Part shown: positions 1-16,022 of the stretch, one piece after another | How positions within the stretch are numbered: position 1 is the stretch's first letter | Layout of the letters: every line of letters starts with the position of its first letter | DNA from: Camelus dromedarius | Taxonomy: Eukaryota | NCBI RefSeq assembly: GCF_036321535.1 | Contig: NC_087436.1 | Location: forward strand, 10,292,001-10,356,000 | Length of the DNA stretch: 64,000 nucleotides | Direction: 5' to 3' | The notes under the pieces: model-generated | Told to the model about the DNA's origin: nothing | The model's database searches: none | What the model saw: the letters and a program-made list of their open reading frames with translations, nothing else | Position numbers and translations under genes: made by a program

Positions 1-39
1 CTATTTTTATTAGTAAATTACTTGTTAAAAATGAGACTC

Positions 40-305
40 TGGAAGCACCTGCATGCTTGGCTCATTCCTTCTTTCCTTGTCAAAAGACAACCTTCCATCT
101 CTGCGTCTGCTGTTCCATGTCCTTTTCCTGATCTTAACCACTTGCCTCCCTCTTCTTGAGTCTCTGTGATGACATTGGGTCCCTCAGATAATCCAAGATC
201 AACTCCCCATCCCAAGAGACTTAGTCACACTTGCAAATTCTCTTTTGCCCTGGAAGTCAGCATATTCACAGGGTCCAGGGATTAGCACACGAATGTTTTT
301 GGAGA
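40..305 (-). mobile_element. MLT1-type MaLR LTR fragment
   Basis: Minus strand gggatggggagttgatcttggattatctgagggacccaatgtcatcacagag resembles the MLT1C/D 5' part. Confidence 0.7.
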
Positions 306-1789
306 AACTTAATTTATGAGTAATTCTTCATTATTTCTTCGAATACATTTCTAGACGTAAGTTGCTGGTCAAACAACATGTCCTTTTAAAACTTTTTGCT
401 TAAAATTGCCCTACTTAAGATTTAGCAAAAGCCTAATTGAATGAGTATTAGCTAATGAAATCCAAGAATGCTGAATTAATTTACCCCTCTGGCCAGGGTT
501 TCATGACAGGTGCATCTTATTTTAATGTTCAACATTTTGCAATTTCCAAACTTTCTTCATTATCTTCACACTAGGCTTTTAGTTCTGCTTTTCTTATTTG
601 TTTAGTCAGTTTCCAATAACAAAACCAGAGGAATTTTCTTGGTTTTCTATACTGAAACAGAATGATAACAGAATAGAGACATCCTATTAAATAAGATTTG
701 CTTTCTTATCAGTCGTAAAACAGCTATTCCATGAAATGCAGGTGACAAAAATATGTGAGATATGGCAACATCTAAAAAAAGGAAGAAATAAAGTTGTGAT
801 TTCCTAGAGAAATCCATGAACATACTATCATAAAAGGCAAGAATTTTTTTTTGAGTGCTCACCATATGCCACAGAATTTGATACATTATATACTACTTTT
901 GGAATCTGTCATGAATATGATTCATGAACTGCAGTTAGAGAATAAAGCTAGTACTGATTCAAAGCAAAGAAATGTGAGAAAAAAAAAAACCAAATAAAAC
1001 TTCTACTCCAGTTATGATGGTAAGCTAGTGTGGCTCCTAGTCACTCCTTCAAAATCAAACTTGGAAATACCAAAGCTGAGAGCAGAAACATGACTACAGG
1101 AGTCACTCACATAACTAAAAGCCAGCCCGACCTGACTCTCCCCTTGGAGACTGACCGAGGCCTTGAACAGGGAGTCTGGGGAGGGGTAAAGGGCCTTTGG
1201 GAATCTCTCAAGTTCCTCTTTTGCTTCTCCCCTTCATTGTCTTCAGATCATCACTCCTTTCCCTTTCATCATCCAACTCACCACCAACATCTGGAGGATA
1301 GTGACTTAAGGTACAATCAGGGCTGAAAACCATAACGGAGCCAAACACAAGCAACAAGGAAACAAAGGTGACGGGCTGAGGAGGGCTGAACAGGGGCCCT
1401 CACACATTAGGGCTCCTCCAGCCCCACCTGGTCTAAATCCCCAGGGCAGTAGGTTACTGCTTAGGAAGGAAAACTCCTCCTTATGCTCCTCACTTCATTT
1501 CAAAAGTTGAGGTGAAAACCTGACCCAAGCATGTACTCAGAAAAGTGACAGCAAGTGGGGGCTGTCAGCAGAGGTCTGGGTGTCCGGAGCCCTCTGCTGT
1601 CACTCATCTGGACCCCTGGCTGTCAGCCCTTCTCCAGCACCCCTGACCAGAGTAACTGATTTCTCCAGGGAAGCAGTGTCACAAATCAAATACTGGAACC
1701 TGGTGATGCAACCTTTGTAAGACGTTTCAGTCGGATGACACATACCATCTGAAGCACAATCACTGGAGTGAGAATTTAAAATAAGCATA

Positions 1790-2450
1790 ATATTTATGCT
1801 TGAGCAGAAAAGGTAAAACAGCAGCAATAATAAACAAAAAATGTTATAGAATTGGAACCATTACACAGTAAAATACAATGGTTGAAATAATGAACATAAT
1901 AGAGGGGATAAATACCAGGCTAGATGTAGCTGAAGAGTGAATTAGTGATTTGGAAGATAATATGGAGGCACTCTCCCAGAAGATGGCTCTAAAGTATAAA
2001 GATACAGAAAAGTACACATAAAATATAATAATAAATACAAACTTCCACAAGATTAAAGAAGGAGGAAAGCCTTCAGGGTGGAAGAGTTTAGAATGCTAAA
2101 CAAGGGGAGAACAGAAAACCATTACCTAACAAATTTAGGGTATTTTAAGAGTATCAAAGATAATGAGAGTATTCCAAGAAACGTTCCAAGAGAAAAGCAA
2201 GTCTCCCATGTGGGAACAAGAATCAGGTTGTCAAACATTTTGGTAGAAACATGTGATACAAGAAAAGTGGAGTAATACTTTTCAAGTATTAAAGAATATC
2301 CAGTTGAATAATTCTTCAAATGGGAGGACATAAACATATTCTTCGGCATCTAAAATTTCAGAACTTTCAACAGTGTCATACAATGAAATCATTCTTGAAG
2401 TAGGTACTTGAGTAAATAAAGAAAAATTAAAAAGAACACCAGAGATATTA
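1790..2450 (+). mobile_element. Ancient L1M ORF1-region relic
   Basis: gaggggataaataccaggctagatgtagctgaagagtgaattagtgatttggaagata resembles L1 ORF1 coiled-coil coding sequence. An A-rich, endonuclease-like continuation lies at ~5810-6090. Confidence 0.65.
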
Positions 2451-2708
2451 CAAGTAGCAGGAGAAGAAGCGGTAGTCAGTAACACTTCGTGCATGTGCGT
2501 GTGTGTGAGAGAGAGAGACAGAGAAAGAGAGAGGGAGAGAGAAAACTAGCACAGAATCATAGGACCTAGTTAAAATAAACTAGAAATTTTATCCATAACA
2601 ACTGAAAATTAAGTTCTAGAAATATTGATAAAATAGGAGCTGGGAAATAACAAATTATATTTAGTCATTTTTCTTCAAGTGACACTCCCAAATCAAAAAG
2701 ACAAAATT

Positions 2709-5806
<3,098 letters not shown>

Positions 5807-6094
5807 AAAGGGAAAATATGAACAGCGAAAAAAGGCTGGGGTAGAAAATGTTAAAACAAACAAAGTAAAATTTAAGACAAAAATATCACAAGGATATTAT
5901 ATACTGGAAAAGAGAAAAATAGGAGAAGAAGGCATGACATTATAAACATATACACATAAAGGTGATAACCTGTAAAACAGACTCACAACATATAAATCAA
6001 AAGTTTTAAGGAAGAAATAGGCACATTAGTGATTGTCATTTGAGACTTGACATATCCGTCTCAAAAACTGCCATCAAGCAGACAAAAAATAAGC

Positions 6095-6695
6095 AATCTA
6101 TTCTCCACATGGAATCTAGAATACTTTTTAAAAGATATAAATTAGGCTATGTCATTTCCTTACCATAATTCTTCTGTAGCTTTCCATTATTCTTACAATG
6201 AAATCCACAAGGTTCTACAGGTCCCTGGATGATTTGGCTCATGATTTGTTCCCTCCTATTTCACTATTTTCTCTCCCTTAGTTATTACACTGTTTTTGGC
6301 AGACTAGCCTTCTACTGGTTCTTACTTAGAAGATGCCAAGCCCCTTGCTCAGGAGTTTGGGGTTTACCGTTCATGCTACAATCGTCTGACTTATGTCTCG
6401 TGCATTTGCACCATTCAGGTCTCTCCTTAAGATCGCTCTTCCTTAAAGAGGACTTGCCTATTCATGTTGCATTGAAAACAAGCAAAAAATGCCCCCCTCC
6501 AGTTCTCTGTGCCAACTATTCCTTCAGCAGCACTTTCCGCGTCTGATAACACCATCTGGCTTCTGTCTTGACTTGTCTGCCATTGGTCTCTCCCACCAGT
6601 GAAAACTCCACAGGGCCGTGACATTTTGTCCACTGCGCATTTCCACCTTCAGCAGAGCACCTGCCACACCCTGGGCACTGGTACATCACTGATCA
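6095..6695 (+). mobile_element. L2 LINE 3' fragment
   Basis: L2-like motifs (tggtctctcccaccagtgaaaactccacagggccgtgac...agcagagcacctgccacaccctgggcact). Confidence 0.65.
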
Positions 6696-6744
6696 GGGCA
6701 GCAGCGGGGAGCGGAGGGGGTGGGTCTCCAGGATCCCAGGTGTC

Positions 6745-6910
6745 CAACTTGCCAGTTGGGTACCTTTAGAACTCTTCTGACCTCACTTCTTTAAAAGTTT
6801 GTAAGTGTGCGTTTAAATAAGTAAGCTAGACTGTAAGGATGAACTCACTTAGGAGTTAATTTATGTGAAAAATGCCTAGAAAGGTGTCCAGCTTTTAGCA
6901 GATACGCTGG
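6745..6910 (+). mobile_element. MIR SINE fragment
   Basis: Degenerate MIR core (ctcttctgacctcacttctttaaaagtttgtaag...gtaaggatgaact...tatgtgaaaaatgcctagaaaggtgtcc). Confidence 0.5.
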
Positions 6911-9572
6911 TGATGATAATGAAGAAGACTGGATTTCCCACCCCCCTTCCTTAGCTCAGTCGCTCTGGTTACAGAGTTGTTGGTACAACTATAAGCTAAA
7001 ACTGCCACAGCAGAATTCTTTGGATCTCTGACCTTCCTTCTTTCTTCTAGTAAAACGTAAGTGTTACATTCAGGTCAGAAAACCTCTTGAACTTCATTTT
7101 GCTTATGATGACAATGTTATCAGGTCCGCCGGATTAAAGCCATCGCCGTCCCCGTATTGTTTCCGCACTCAGGCCGAGTGGATGGTGTGCACTGTGATTA
7201 AGCAGCACAGAATCCGCTCTGCCTCTTGCATAGAATTAATTTGGGTACTGCTTCCATTTCATTAGATAAACACTTTAAAACAGGTCAAGTGTAACCAAGA
7301 CTAAATTGAAAATGCGGTATTCTCTTTTGGTTGGCTCTCCAAGCTGATACATATTTAATGCAATTTTATAAGGAAGTCCACATGTCAGGCAGACTCCTTT
7401 AAGGAAACAAATGTCTTCAGCCTCGCACTAGGTAATTTCAGAATAAACACTCCGGCTGTCTCTTCCACTACCCTGGAACGGAAATAGGCTATTGGTGTGA
7501 GTTATGTGGAAGGCAGCTTGGCGGCTCTAAGCTGAGTACTGTTCTTTTTATTGTCTGTTTCTCTTTGGGGTTCACTTTATGCTTTCAGAAATACCTTGAC
7601 TTTTCAACAGTTTCTTTCCTGGGATCGGATACTCGGAATTCTGGAGGTTGAATCCATCTGAGGTCTGTGCCTTGCTGTTTACCGCATATTAATATAATAT
7701 AATTCAGTCTTATTTTCCAGGCTGCTCAGTCAGCTGGACAACTGTAGCCACTTTTAACTTTTCACCAAGTGTAAAAGCAACTCCTTTTAGATGGAATCAC
7801 CTTCGGCAGTTGTCAACACAACTTTAAAAAAAAATGAACGTTTTACTTCTGTAACTGGGATTTTTCAGAAAGACATCCACGGACTAATGAGTCATGGACG
7901 TTGGGCAATGTGGTGTGAGATCTGGGCGAAGGGGGTGGAGTGTAAGGTGGAGCTGTGAGTTGCGGCCATGAGTCACGAAGTCTGGTGTTTGGCTCCCAAA
8001 ACGCTCAGATCCACTGAAAGAGGAGGGGGTTGAAATGACCTCCCTGCCTGCCAGAGTGCTTTGGGAGAAGGTGTCAGGAGACTTTCTGGGCTTCATGGTG
8101 ACACTTGTGCCGTGGGTTTCAAAAGTCACTGGATTTTCCAGGAATATTCTTCCAGATTTAGGGACACCCTCATCGAATCATTTATCAGAAGAAAATCTGA
8201 GTGTATGTGCTGACATGTCTTCCCTCCTGCCCACCCCCCCCCCAGCCCAGATCAGTCTGCTCAGAACCTACTGCAGTTTAGAAAGTCCCAGGATCCTCAA
8301 CCCCATCTTCTTCCACTCCTGTGTCCTTCTTAGCAGTAAACGCAGTCCCTGCCCCACAGATGTATCCTGAACAGCAACTCAGGGGTCTTCCTCATCCAGC
8401 CCCCAAAGCCAGAGTCTTCAAGTGCTAACATCTGGCCTTTGGAAGGGCAGCTCATGCTTGTCTCCACTTCTGAAATTCGCATGTTTCACCTGGGTCAGTT
8501 ACAACTCTTTTAACTGATCTCTTGCTTTGTATCTTCCTCTGGAACTCATCAACATGGCTGCTGTAGCACTCTTACTAAAACTTAGATCTGTTTACGTTAT
8601 TTTCCTCTTTCAAATCTTATTCAGTGTTCCCTGTAACTTTCCTGCAAAGCTCCACTCCTCAGCCGAGGGCAGGGATCTTACCCAATCTGGTCTCACTCAC
8701 CTCCCCAGCCCCGTCTCTGTCACCCCTTCCAACGCAGACGCTCGCCCCAAACCACTAGCATCTCCGGAACACGCTGTGCCCTTCCGTTCTCCACGGCGCC
8801 GCATACCTTTTTACCTAACTATTGCTTTACCTTTGAAAACTCAGCTCCGGCTCAACCTACCCTGAAAGCCTTCTTGGAGGCCACAGCCTAACTTGAATTC
8901 CTCTTCCTTATGAATTCCTGTGAAGCCAGAATACTCTCCTTGTGTCCTTAATGTAAAGTCAGGACCCTTTTCTGAACTTGAAAGTGATGAGTGCTTGCAT
9001 GTTTGTCACACTTAAGAAACTCTCCTCGGTGCCTGTCTTCCCCACACCCTCGGAGGGGTCTTGCTGTCCTCGACACCAGCTCTTTCTGAAACAGATTCCT
9101 CCCCATGTCCTGAGACTCAGAGCCAGGTTATCTGCTGTCTCTGCCTCTTCCTGTGTTCCCCCAGGGCCCCTCCGTCTGTGGATCAGGGGTGTCCACAACT
9201 CCTTTCTTCATGCATTTACTCCCTGCGACTATCGCTTCTTATACTGAGAACCACCACTGCTGTGGGGCAAACCCTGAATCTCTAGTCTCAATTCAGACCT
9301 GTTCTCCAAGATACTCCACTCTGACTTGCAAGTCATAACCCTTATCAAAGTTTACGATTCTGTATTTATCCATTCGTATGATCTTACACTTGCTTGCATA
9401 ACCCACTACACTGTTAATTTCATGGCTCATTACCACATTCCCAGTTCCTGGCACTGTGTCTGGGAAACATATATGTGCATTTATATATACATATATACAC
9501 ACATACATAGAATCAACAAATACTTGCTGAATAGAGAATAATAACCAGATGTCACTGGGATTATGTTTAAAG

Positions 9573-9963
9573 TTTTTTTTAATTGAAGTATAGTCAATTT
9601 ACAATGTGTTAATTTCTGATGTACAGCATAGTGATTCAGTTATACATATAACTACGTGATGTAAGCCAGAGAGAAGAATGCCATATGATATCACTTGTAT
9701 GTGGACTCAAAATGATACAAGTGAACTTATTTATAGGACAGAAACAGATTCCCAAACATAGAAAACAAACTTGTGGTTACCAGGGAGGAAGGACGGATAG
9801 AGGGGTAGATTGGGAGTTCAGGATCTGCAGATACAAACTACCATACGTAAAATAAACAACAAGGTCCTAATGCAGAGCACAGGGAATTATATTCAATACC
9901 TTGTAATAGCCTATAATGAAAAAGAATATGAAAAGGAATATGTGTATGTGTGTGTGTGTGTGT
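9573..9963 (-). mobile_element. Short L1 3'UTR insertion with 5' inversion
   Basis: 9573-9650 is the L1 terminal end on the minus strand (T tail; aattgaagtatagtcaatttacaatg). 9651-9963 is the upstream 3'UTR on the plus strand. Confidence 0.85.
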
Positions 9964-10699
9964 AGAGAGGAAGAGAGACTATGTTAAATAAGACTGTTTC
10001 TCCTCCTGAACTGCACCTTAGAACAAGTAAACAGGATCTGCATATGTTAAAGGGCTGTACTATTCCATCTAAGTGGGATTGCTAAGAGCTGGCCCCCTCA
10101 AACTAGTTCTGTGACATTTCTGGATGATTAATCATCTTTGGGCTACATAAAGAAGGAAAGACTGATAGGAGAGACATTTTATTCTGTGTGGTGGAGAAAA
10201 TGCTTCCACCCACCTCAAGCCTAGTAAAGAAGCCTTGGTTTAAAAAAAAAAAAAAAAAAAAAACCCTGGAGAAGAATTTTCAGACGAGCATGTACAGTTG
10301 TGTAGGTTGGACACTGCACTCTAGGGATGCCATTCATGCCATGGGCATTATAGTTTAGTACACTAAAATAATTTTCAGTCAGGCAGAAGTAAAATATTTT
10401 ATTCTAATAAAATTAGTAGATATTACGACAATTTTATAGTGGAAGTATAATATCTTGAGTAAGTGGTGCCTTCTTCTACTTTGCACAAAGGTACCATATA
10501 CACCAGTGGAAGGCCTGAATTTGATAGTTACTGTCTAGATTTTGGGAGGTATAGAGAGCATGCCTCTTATTAAGAAAAATCTAAAGACAAGAGACTAATT
10601 GAATCTAGGCATTATTAGAGAGTGAGAAGAGAAAATAGTTGGAAGATGTTCTTCCACTGCTAAGGAGCAAGGTTCATGCTTCCTGTGGGCTTATCTCTT

Positions 10700-11986
10700 A
10701 ACATCACGTACAAAACTAAACTCAAAACGGATTACAGACCTAAGTGTAAGATCAGATACTCTAAAACTCCTAGAGGAAAACATAGGCAGAACACTTTTTG
10801 ACATAAATCACAGCAGTATTTTTTTTTTGATCCATCTCCAAGAGTAATGAAAATAAAAGCAAAAAGCAAAAATAAGCAAATAGGACCTGATTAAACCTAA
10901 AAGCTTTTGCACAGCAAAAGAAACCATAAAACAAAAAGGCAACCTGCAGAATGGGAGAAAATATTTGCAAACAATGAGACCAACAAGTGATTAATTTCCA
11001 AAACATAAAAACAGCTCATACAATTCAACAACCAAAAACCAAACAACCCAATCAAAAATGAGCAGAAGACTTAAATAGACATTTCTCCAAAGAAGACATC
11101 CAGATGGCAAACAGGCACATGAAAACATACTCACATCATTATTTATTATAGAAATGCAAGTCAAAACTACAGAATGGCCGTCATTAAAAAGTCTACAAAG
11201 AATGAATGCTAGAGAAGGTGTAGAGAAAAAGGAACCCTCCTACACTGTTGATGGGAATGTAAATTGTTACAGCCACTATGGAGGACAGTATGGAGGTTCC
11301 TTTAAAAACTAAAAATTGGAGTTACCATATAATCCAGCAATCCCACTCCTGGGCATCTATCCAGAGAAGACTATAATTTGAAAAGACGCATGCATCCCAG
11401 TGTCCACAGAAGCACTATATACAATAGCCAAGACATGGGAAGTAACCTAAATGTCCATTGACAGATGACTGGATAAAAATGTGGAGATACACACACACAC
11501 ACACACACACACATATGCACACACACACAATGGATTATTACTCAGCCATAAAAAGAATGAAATGATGCCATTTACAGCAACACAGATGACCTGGAGGTTG
11601 TCATACTAAGTCAGTCAGACGAGGAAGACAAATATCACATATCTCATATAAATCTAAAACAAATGATGCAAATGAACTTATTTACAAAACAGAAATAAAC
11701 TCACAGACACAGAAAACAAACTACAGTTACCAAAAGGGAAAGAGGGAGAGGGATAAACTGGGAGTCTGGAATTAACATATACACACTACTGTATATGAAA
11801 CAGATAAACAACAAGGTCCTACTGTGTAGCACAGAGAACTCTATTCAATATCTTGTAAAAACCTATAATGGAAAATAATCTGAAAAATTATATATATGTA
11901 TATATATGTATAACTGAATCACTTTGCTGTACACCTGAAACTAACACAACTTTGTAAATCAACTCTACTTCAATCAAAAAGAAAAG
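10700..11986 (+). mobile_element. 5'-truncated LINE-1 (end of ORF2 + 3'UTR)
   Basis: Clearly homologous to 4590-5800 (aaactcctagaggaaaacatag..., gcaatcccactcctgggcat..., gctgtacacctgaaactaac). Contains (CA)n at 11489-11529. Confidence 0.97.
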
Positions 11987-12049
11987 AACTCTCGAAAGAA
12001 ATCAGGTCTTCATCCTAGGACACAGTGACCTTAATGGAAAAAGTGAATG

Positions 12050-12585
12050 TGTTCTGCTTATGATGGCTGAGCAACAAATTATCCCCAAACTTGGTGGCTT
12101 AAAAGGATGACACTCATTTCCCTCATGAATCTACTGTCTGGACAGGGTGCAGCAGGGACAACGCCCTCTGCTCCCCTTGGTGTCAGGTGGGGAGGCTTTA
12201 AGGCTGGAGGCAGCAACCCACGGAGGCTTACTTGCTCACGCGTCTGCTGCCTGGGCTGGGGAGGCTCCAGCAGCCGGGGCTGGGAGCAGCTTAGGCAATG
12301 CGGGCATCTCTCAGTGTCTGAACTCTCCCTGTGTCTCTCCAGTGTGGTGGCTCCAGCGCAGCCAGGATTCTTCCCTCGTCATCTCAGGCTCTCAAGGAGT
12401 GAGTCATGAGAGAGGTGACTGGGCAAGAGACACACAGTAGCACTTCCACTACATTTGGTTGGTTGAAGAAATTACAAAGGTCCACCTGGGTTCCAGCAGG
12501 GAGAACTGGGGAGCCTCCTCTTGATATTGATGGAGGGTGCGAATGTCATGTTGCAGGGAGAGCGTGTGGCATGGTGTAGGCGTGC
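12050..12585 (-). mobile_element. MLT1-type MaLR LTR
   Basis: aacaaattatccccaaacttggtggcttaaaa...cacttccactacatttggttggttgaag...aaaggtccacctgggttcca matches the reverse-complement MLT1 pattern. Confidence 0.7.
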
Positions 12586-13619
12586 GTGTAGCCGATAAAA
12601 GGAGGTCTAGGAGGGTCAAGAGATGCCAGTTACCAATGTCAGGGCGAGTTCCACTTGGGGCAGTCTAAAGAAACACCGGTGACAGAAGTGCCTCCAAAGA
12701 AAGCCAGGACTTGGGCACCTGTCACACCAGCACCTCGATGCCAGATGACAGAGCACCACCACTTGATTTTTCCACGAGGCTAGAACCTCTTGATAAGATT
12801 CATCTCTCTTTATTTCATCCCTTGTTTCATTTAAAATAAAAACCCTACTTCTTTATTCTAAATATCAGCCGTGATCAGTACTTATTCCTCGTGGCCGCTA
12901 ACTTGCTCAGGTACTCGACAGCTCATATCCAGTTACCGTAAAGTCTCCAAGCTGTGCTCTCTGCTCCTCCAATCTATCCCACGTACCGCTACCAATGTCT
13001 CTATTTTCTTCTAGCATCTTATGACAAATTTCAAATATGCATACAACCTGAAGGGATGATACAGTAACACCAGTATGCCAATACCCAAGTTTCTAAGATT
13101 TTGCTAATTTTACTTTATCACTTATCTATCTCTTTATCCATTCTTCTATCCATTTACAAATCCATCTTATTTCTACAATTCATGGCTAAGTAGGTTGCAT
13201 GTGAAAGCACACTCTATTTCTAAGTAATTCAGAATGCATAGCATCAACCAGCATTCAGTATCTGCGTACAATATTTTTAGGTAAAACTTCACATACAGTG
13301 AAATGCATATGTCATAAACACACTGTGTGACACGTTTAAAAAACACGTTTATGCGTTGTTTTTTAAAGTATCATTTTTTAATGTTATTCCCCTTCTCAAT
13401 AACCCCGAATGGCTTCCTGTTTTCTATCAAAATAAGGCACCCCAAATCTTTTCTTAATCCAGCCACATTAATTTTGCAGTTAGATTTGAAATCCCCACTC
13501 TTTCCTTCTACAGTGTGAGTCCTACACCATCTGTGATGGCCATTCACACTTCTGTGTGTGTGTGACACTGAAGAAGTGTCAGAGGGCTGCGGGGTGGTTT
13601 GGCACGTGAGACTACAGAT

Positions 13620-13850
13620 GAGTAACCCTTGGAGTACAACGTCTGGGTTTTAAAACCCAGGCTCTGCCACCAACTTGTTTTGTGAATTAGGGTAAATTCC
13701 TTCATCTGCGCCTGAGTTTTCTCATCTTTACAATGTAAATCTATCTAAAAAGGCTGCCGTCGGGATTAGCGACAATATGTGCACAGTATCAGGCAGGATG
13801 CTTAGGGCACACAGACCTACAGGAGCTCAAGAAATGACAGCAGGTGCTCA
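13620..13850 (+). mobile_element. MIR SINE
   Basis: ctgggttttaaaacccaggctctgccaccaacttgttttgtgaattagggtaaattcc...agttttctcatctttacaatg (MIR core). Confidence 0.75.
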
Positions 13851-14423
13851 TTAACTATAATTATTAATCTTAATAAGACACAGCAAAGTTCTAGTCTCTA
13901 GAAACTGAAAACCCAATCTTGTGCCAACAACAAAACAATTTTCAAGAAAGGACTTTTTACCACAGATCTGTATTTTTTAAATATAACTTTATTCTGTATT
14001 AAATAGCAAGCAAAGCTTCTCTTTACACTGGGGCAGAAAGGTCCTTGTGCAAATCACATGCTGTTCTGCTTCCTCATCTGGGTTCGTATGTGAGGGAATG
14101 AACATGGAAGGGGATAAAGCATGTGGAAAGATGAATGGATGGGCCATGCTAATATCTTTCTCCAAATCTCCTCCAGGTACCCTAAATATCCACTCCCTGA
14201 ACTCTCTCTCTCGTAAGGTTTGATTTTTCTGACTACTCCAACTGAACAACATTCATCTCCTGGATTAAGTGTTGAGGGCAGTGCTTGCCACATAAGTTTT
14301 CAATAAACGTTAACTATTGTTATTATTGTTGTAATTTGTCCATTTAGGGAAAAAAAAAAACGCAAGTCAAAGGCTCAGCTGACATAAGGAAAATACTCTT
14401 TGTAGAAGATTCACTGTGAAAAG

Positions 14424-14611
14424 CGGGGAGGGTAAAGCTCAGTGGTAGAGCATGTCCTTAGCATGTACGAGGTCTTGGGTTCAATCCCCAATACCTCCAT
14501 TAAAAGAATGAATGAATGAATGAATGAATGAATGAATAAACAAACAAACCTGATTACCTCTCCCCACCATTTATTTTTAAAAATAAATTTTTTTAAAAAA
14601 TTGTAAAAAAG
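14424..14611 (+). mobile_element. Camelid tRNA-derived SINE (Vic-1-like), full length
   Basis: GGGGAGGGTAAAGCTCAGTGGTAGAG (A box) ... GGTTCAATCCCC (B box), internal (GAAT)n and an A-rich tail. Exact 17-bp TSD AGATTCACTGTGAAAAG at 14407-14423 and 14612-14628. Confidence 0.92.
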
Positions 14612-14790
14612 AGATTCACTGTGAAAAGTCTAGGAATACAGGAGTCCCATGAAATATTGGTGGAACCATTAAATAATTACTACAATTTTTATTCTTTTTG
14701 GCTATCTTGTTCTATTCTCAGAACAAAGATTTTTTTTGTGAAACCAAACTCTTCCATTAGATGTGATGAAATTCAGTTCCTATTTTAAGG

Positions 14791-16022
14791 CAAGACAAGA
14801 AAAATTTAAACATGAATTTTTCCTCTGCCCTTCGGCCTCCTCCTTCCCCTCTCCTGGGCAATTGTGTTACGTGTTAACCAGGCCTCCCCAATGGCAGAAA
14901 TTCCTGCTCAGCCATAAAGACCCATTTTCCTTCTTCTGACATCAGACTTAGAAGATAACATTCCTTTCTCAAATCCTATAATGGGTCATAATGACCCACC
15001 ACCCCTCCTGGACATGCAGGTGTCTTTGGTGAACTTTATGCATGATGTCAATACACCATTTCTCTAATCATATAACGACTGATGTGGAAAAGTCTGTTCA
15101 GATGACCTGGCGAGGTACTGGGCTGCACCTAATGGAAGTTCTTAGATTAAACACTCACTTATGACCTTACTAATATTCCTGGCTCTGTTACTTGTTACTA
15201 GCTGTTTTACAAGATCATTATTTCTTGCGTTACCAAATGTGTGACTGAGCCTCCAGTAAAAATGATGACGACTAGGTGACTTTAAACCACTGACCACATA
15301 CAGTCCTACAAGATCACCGACTGTAACTCTGGGTGTGGGAAGAAGCAACAAGAGAGAATCATTTCCTGGCCCATGACAGACTAGCAAGACAGGTGGTCCA
15401 GAGGCTTTTGGCTTCTGTTAACAGGGCCTCGTCCAGTAACAACACACCAAGCGTCCTACCAACAAAATCCTCACCTGAACTGGTCGTAAGCATTCCCAGC
15501 ACCGTGGGGCAAACTGGTCACAAAATGCCTCCCAAACCCTCCTCAAAATTAAGGCCAAAAGGGAAGGGATCATATGGTAATGTTGTCCACCAGCCAGTTC
15601 TACGAGAATCAGGTCATTTAGTCGCTGACCTACACTACACCCTGGAAGGAATTCAGGGCAAAGTTCGGGAACGAGGCACTCAGTGCTCTGGAAAAACTGG
15701 CTGAACAAGCCTTCAGGTGTTAGATATTTTCAGGAGAAAATTTTATGAAGCCAGTTTCTTGCATCTTCTCATGCTCAGAAAAGCACTAAAACCATTACGT
15801 CTATTCCCTGTAAAAAGCAGTAAGCTTCCACCAAGACGCCTATTTGATTGCACGCCTCCCTTCTCCAGAATCACATCTATAAGGGTCTCCCCCTTTCACT
15901 CTTTGCGACAGTCCTCAGGGCGCTTTGAGATACTGTCTCCTAGGTTATAATCCTCAGGTTGGCTCAAGTAAATTTTTCCATTTTTTTTCTTACACTGACA
16001 GTGGATTAATTTTTTGTCCACA
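14791..16022 (+). mobile_element. Long (~1.23 kb) ERV1-like solo LTR
   Basis: Ends ...ggctcaagtaaatttttcc...gtccaCA, an R/U5-like end. Starts CAagacaag (TG start apparently mutated). Candidate 4-bp TSD aagg/gagg. No internal coding sequence. Confidence 0.7.

Noticed and set aside
10280..10516. Possible MER91/hAT-Tip100-like DNA transposon
   Set aside because: The resemblance is too degraded to assign confidently by eye.
14425..14500. tRNA-like sequences (also 27031, 58420, 61630)
   Set aside because: They are SINE heads followed by AT-rich linkers, tails and TSDs, and no intact cloverleaf is evident. Not tRNA genes.
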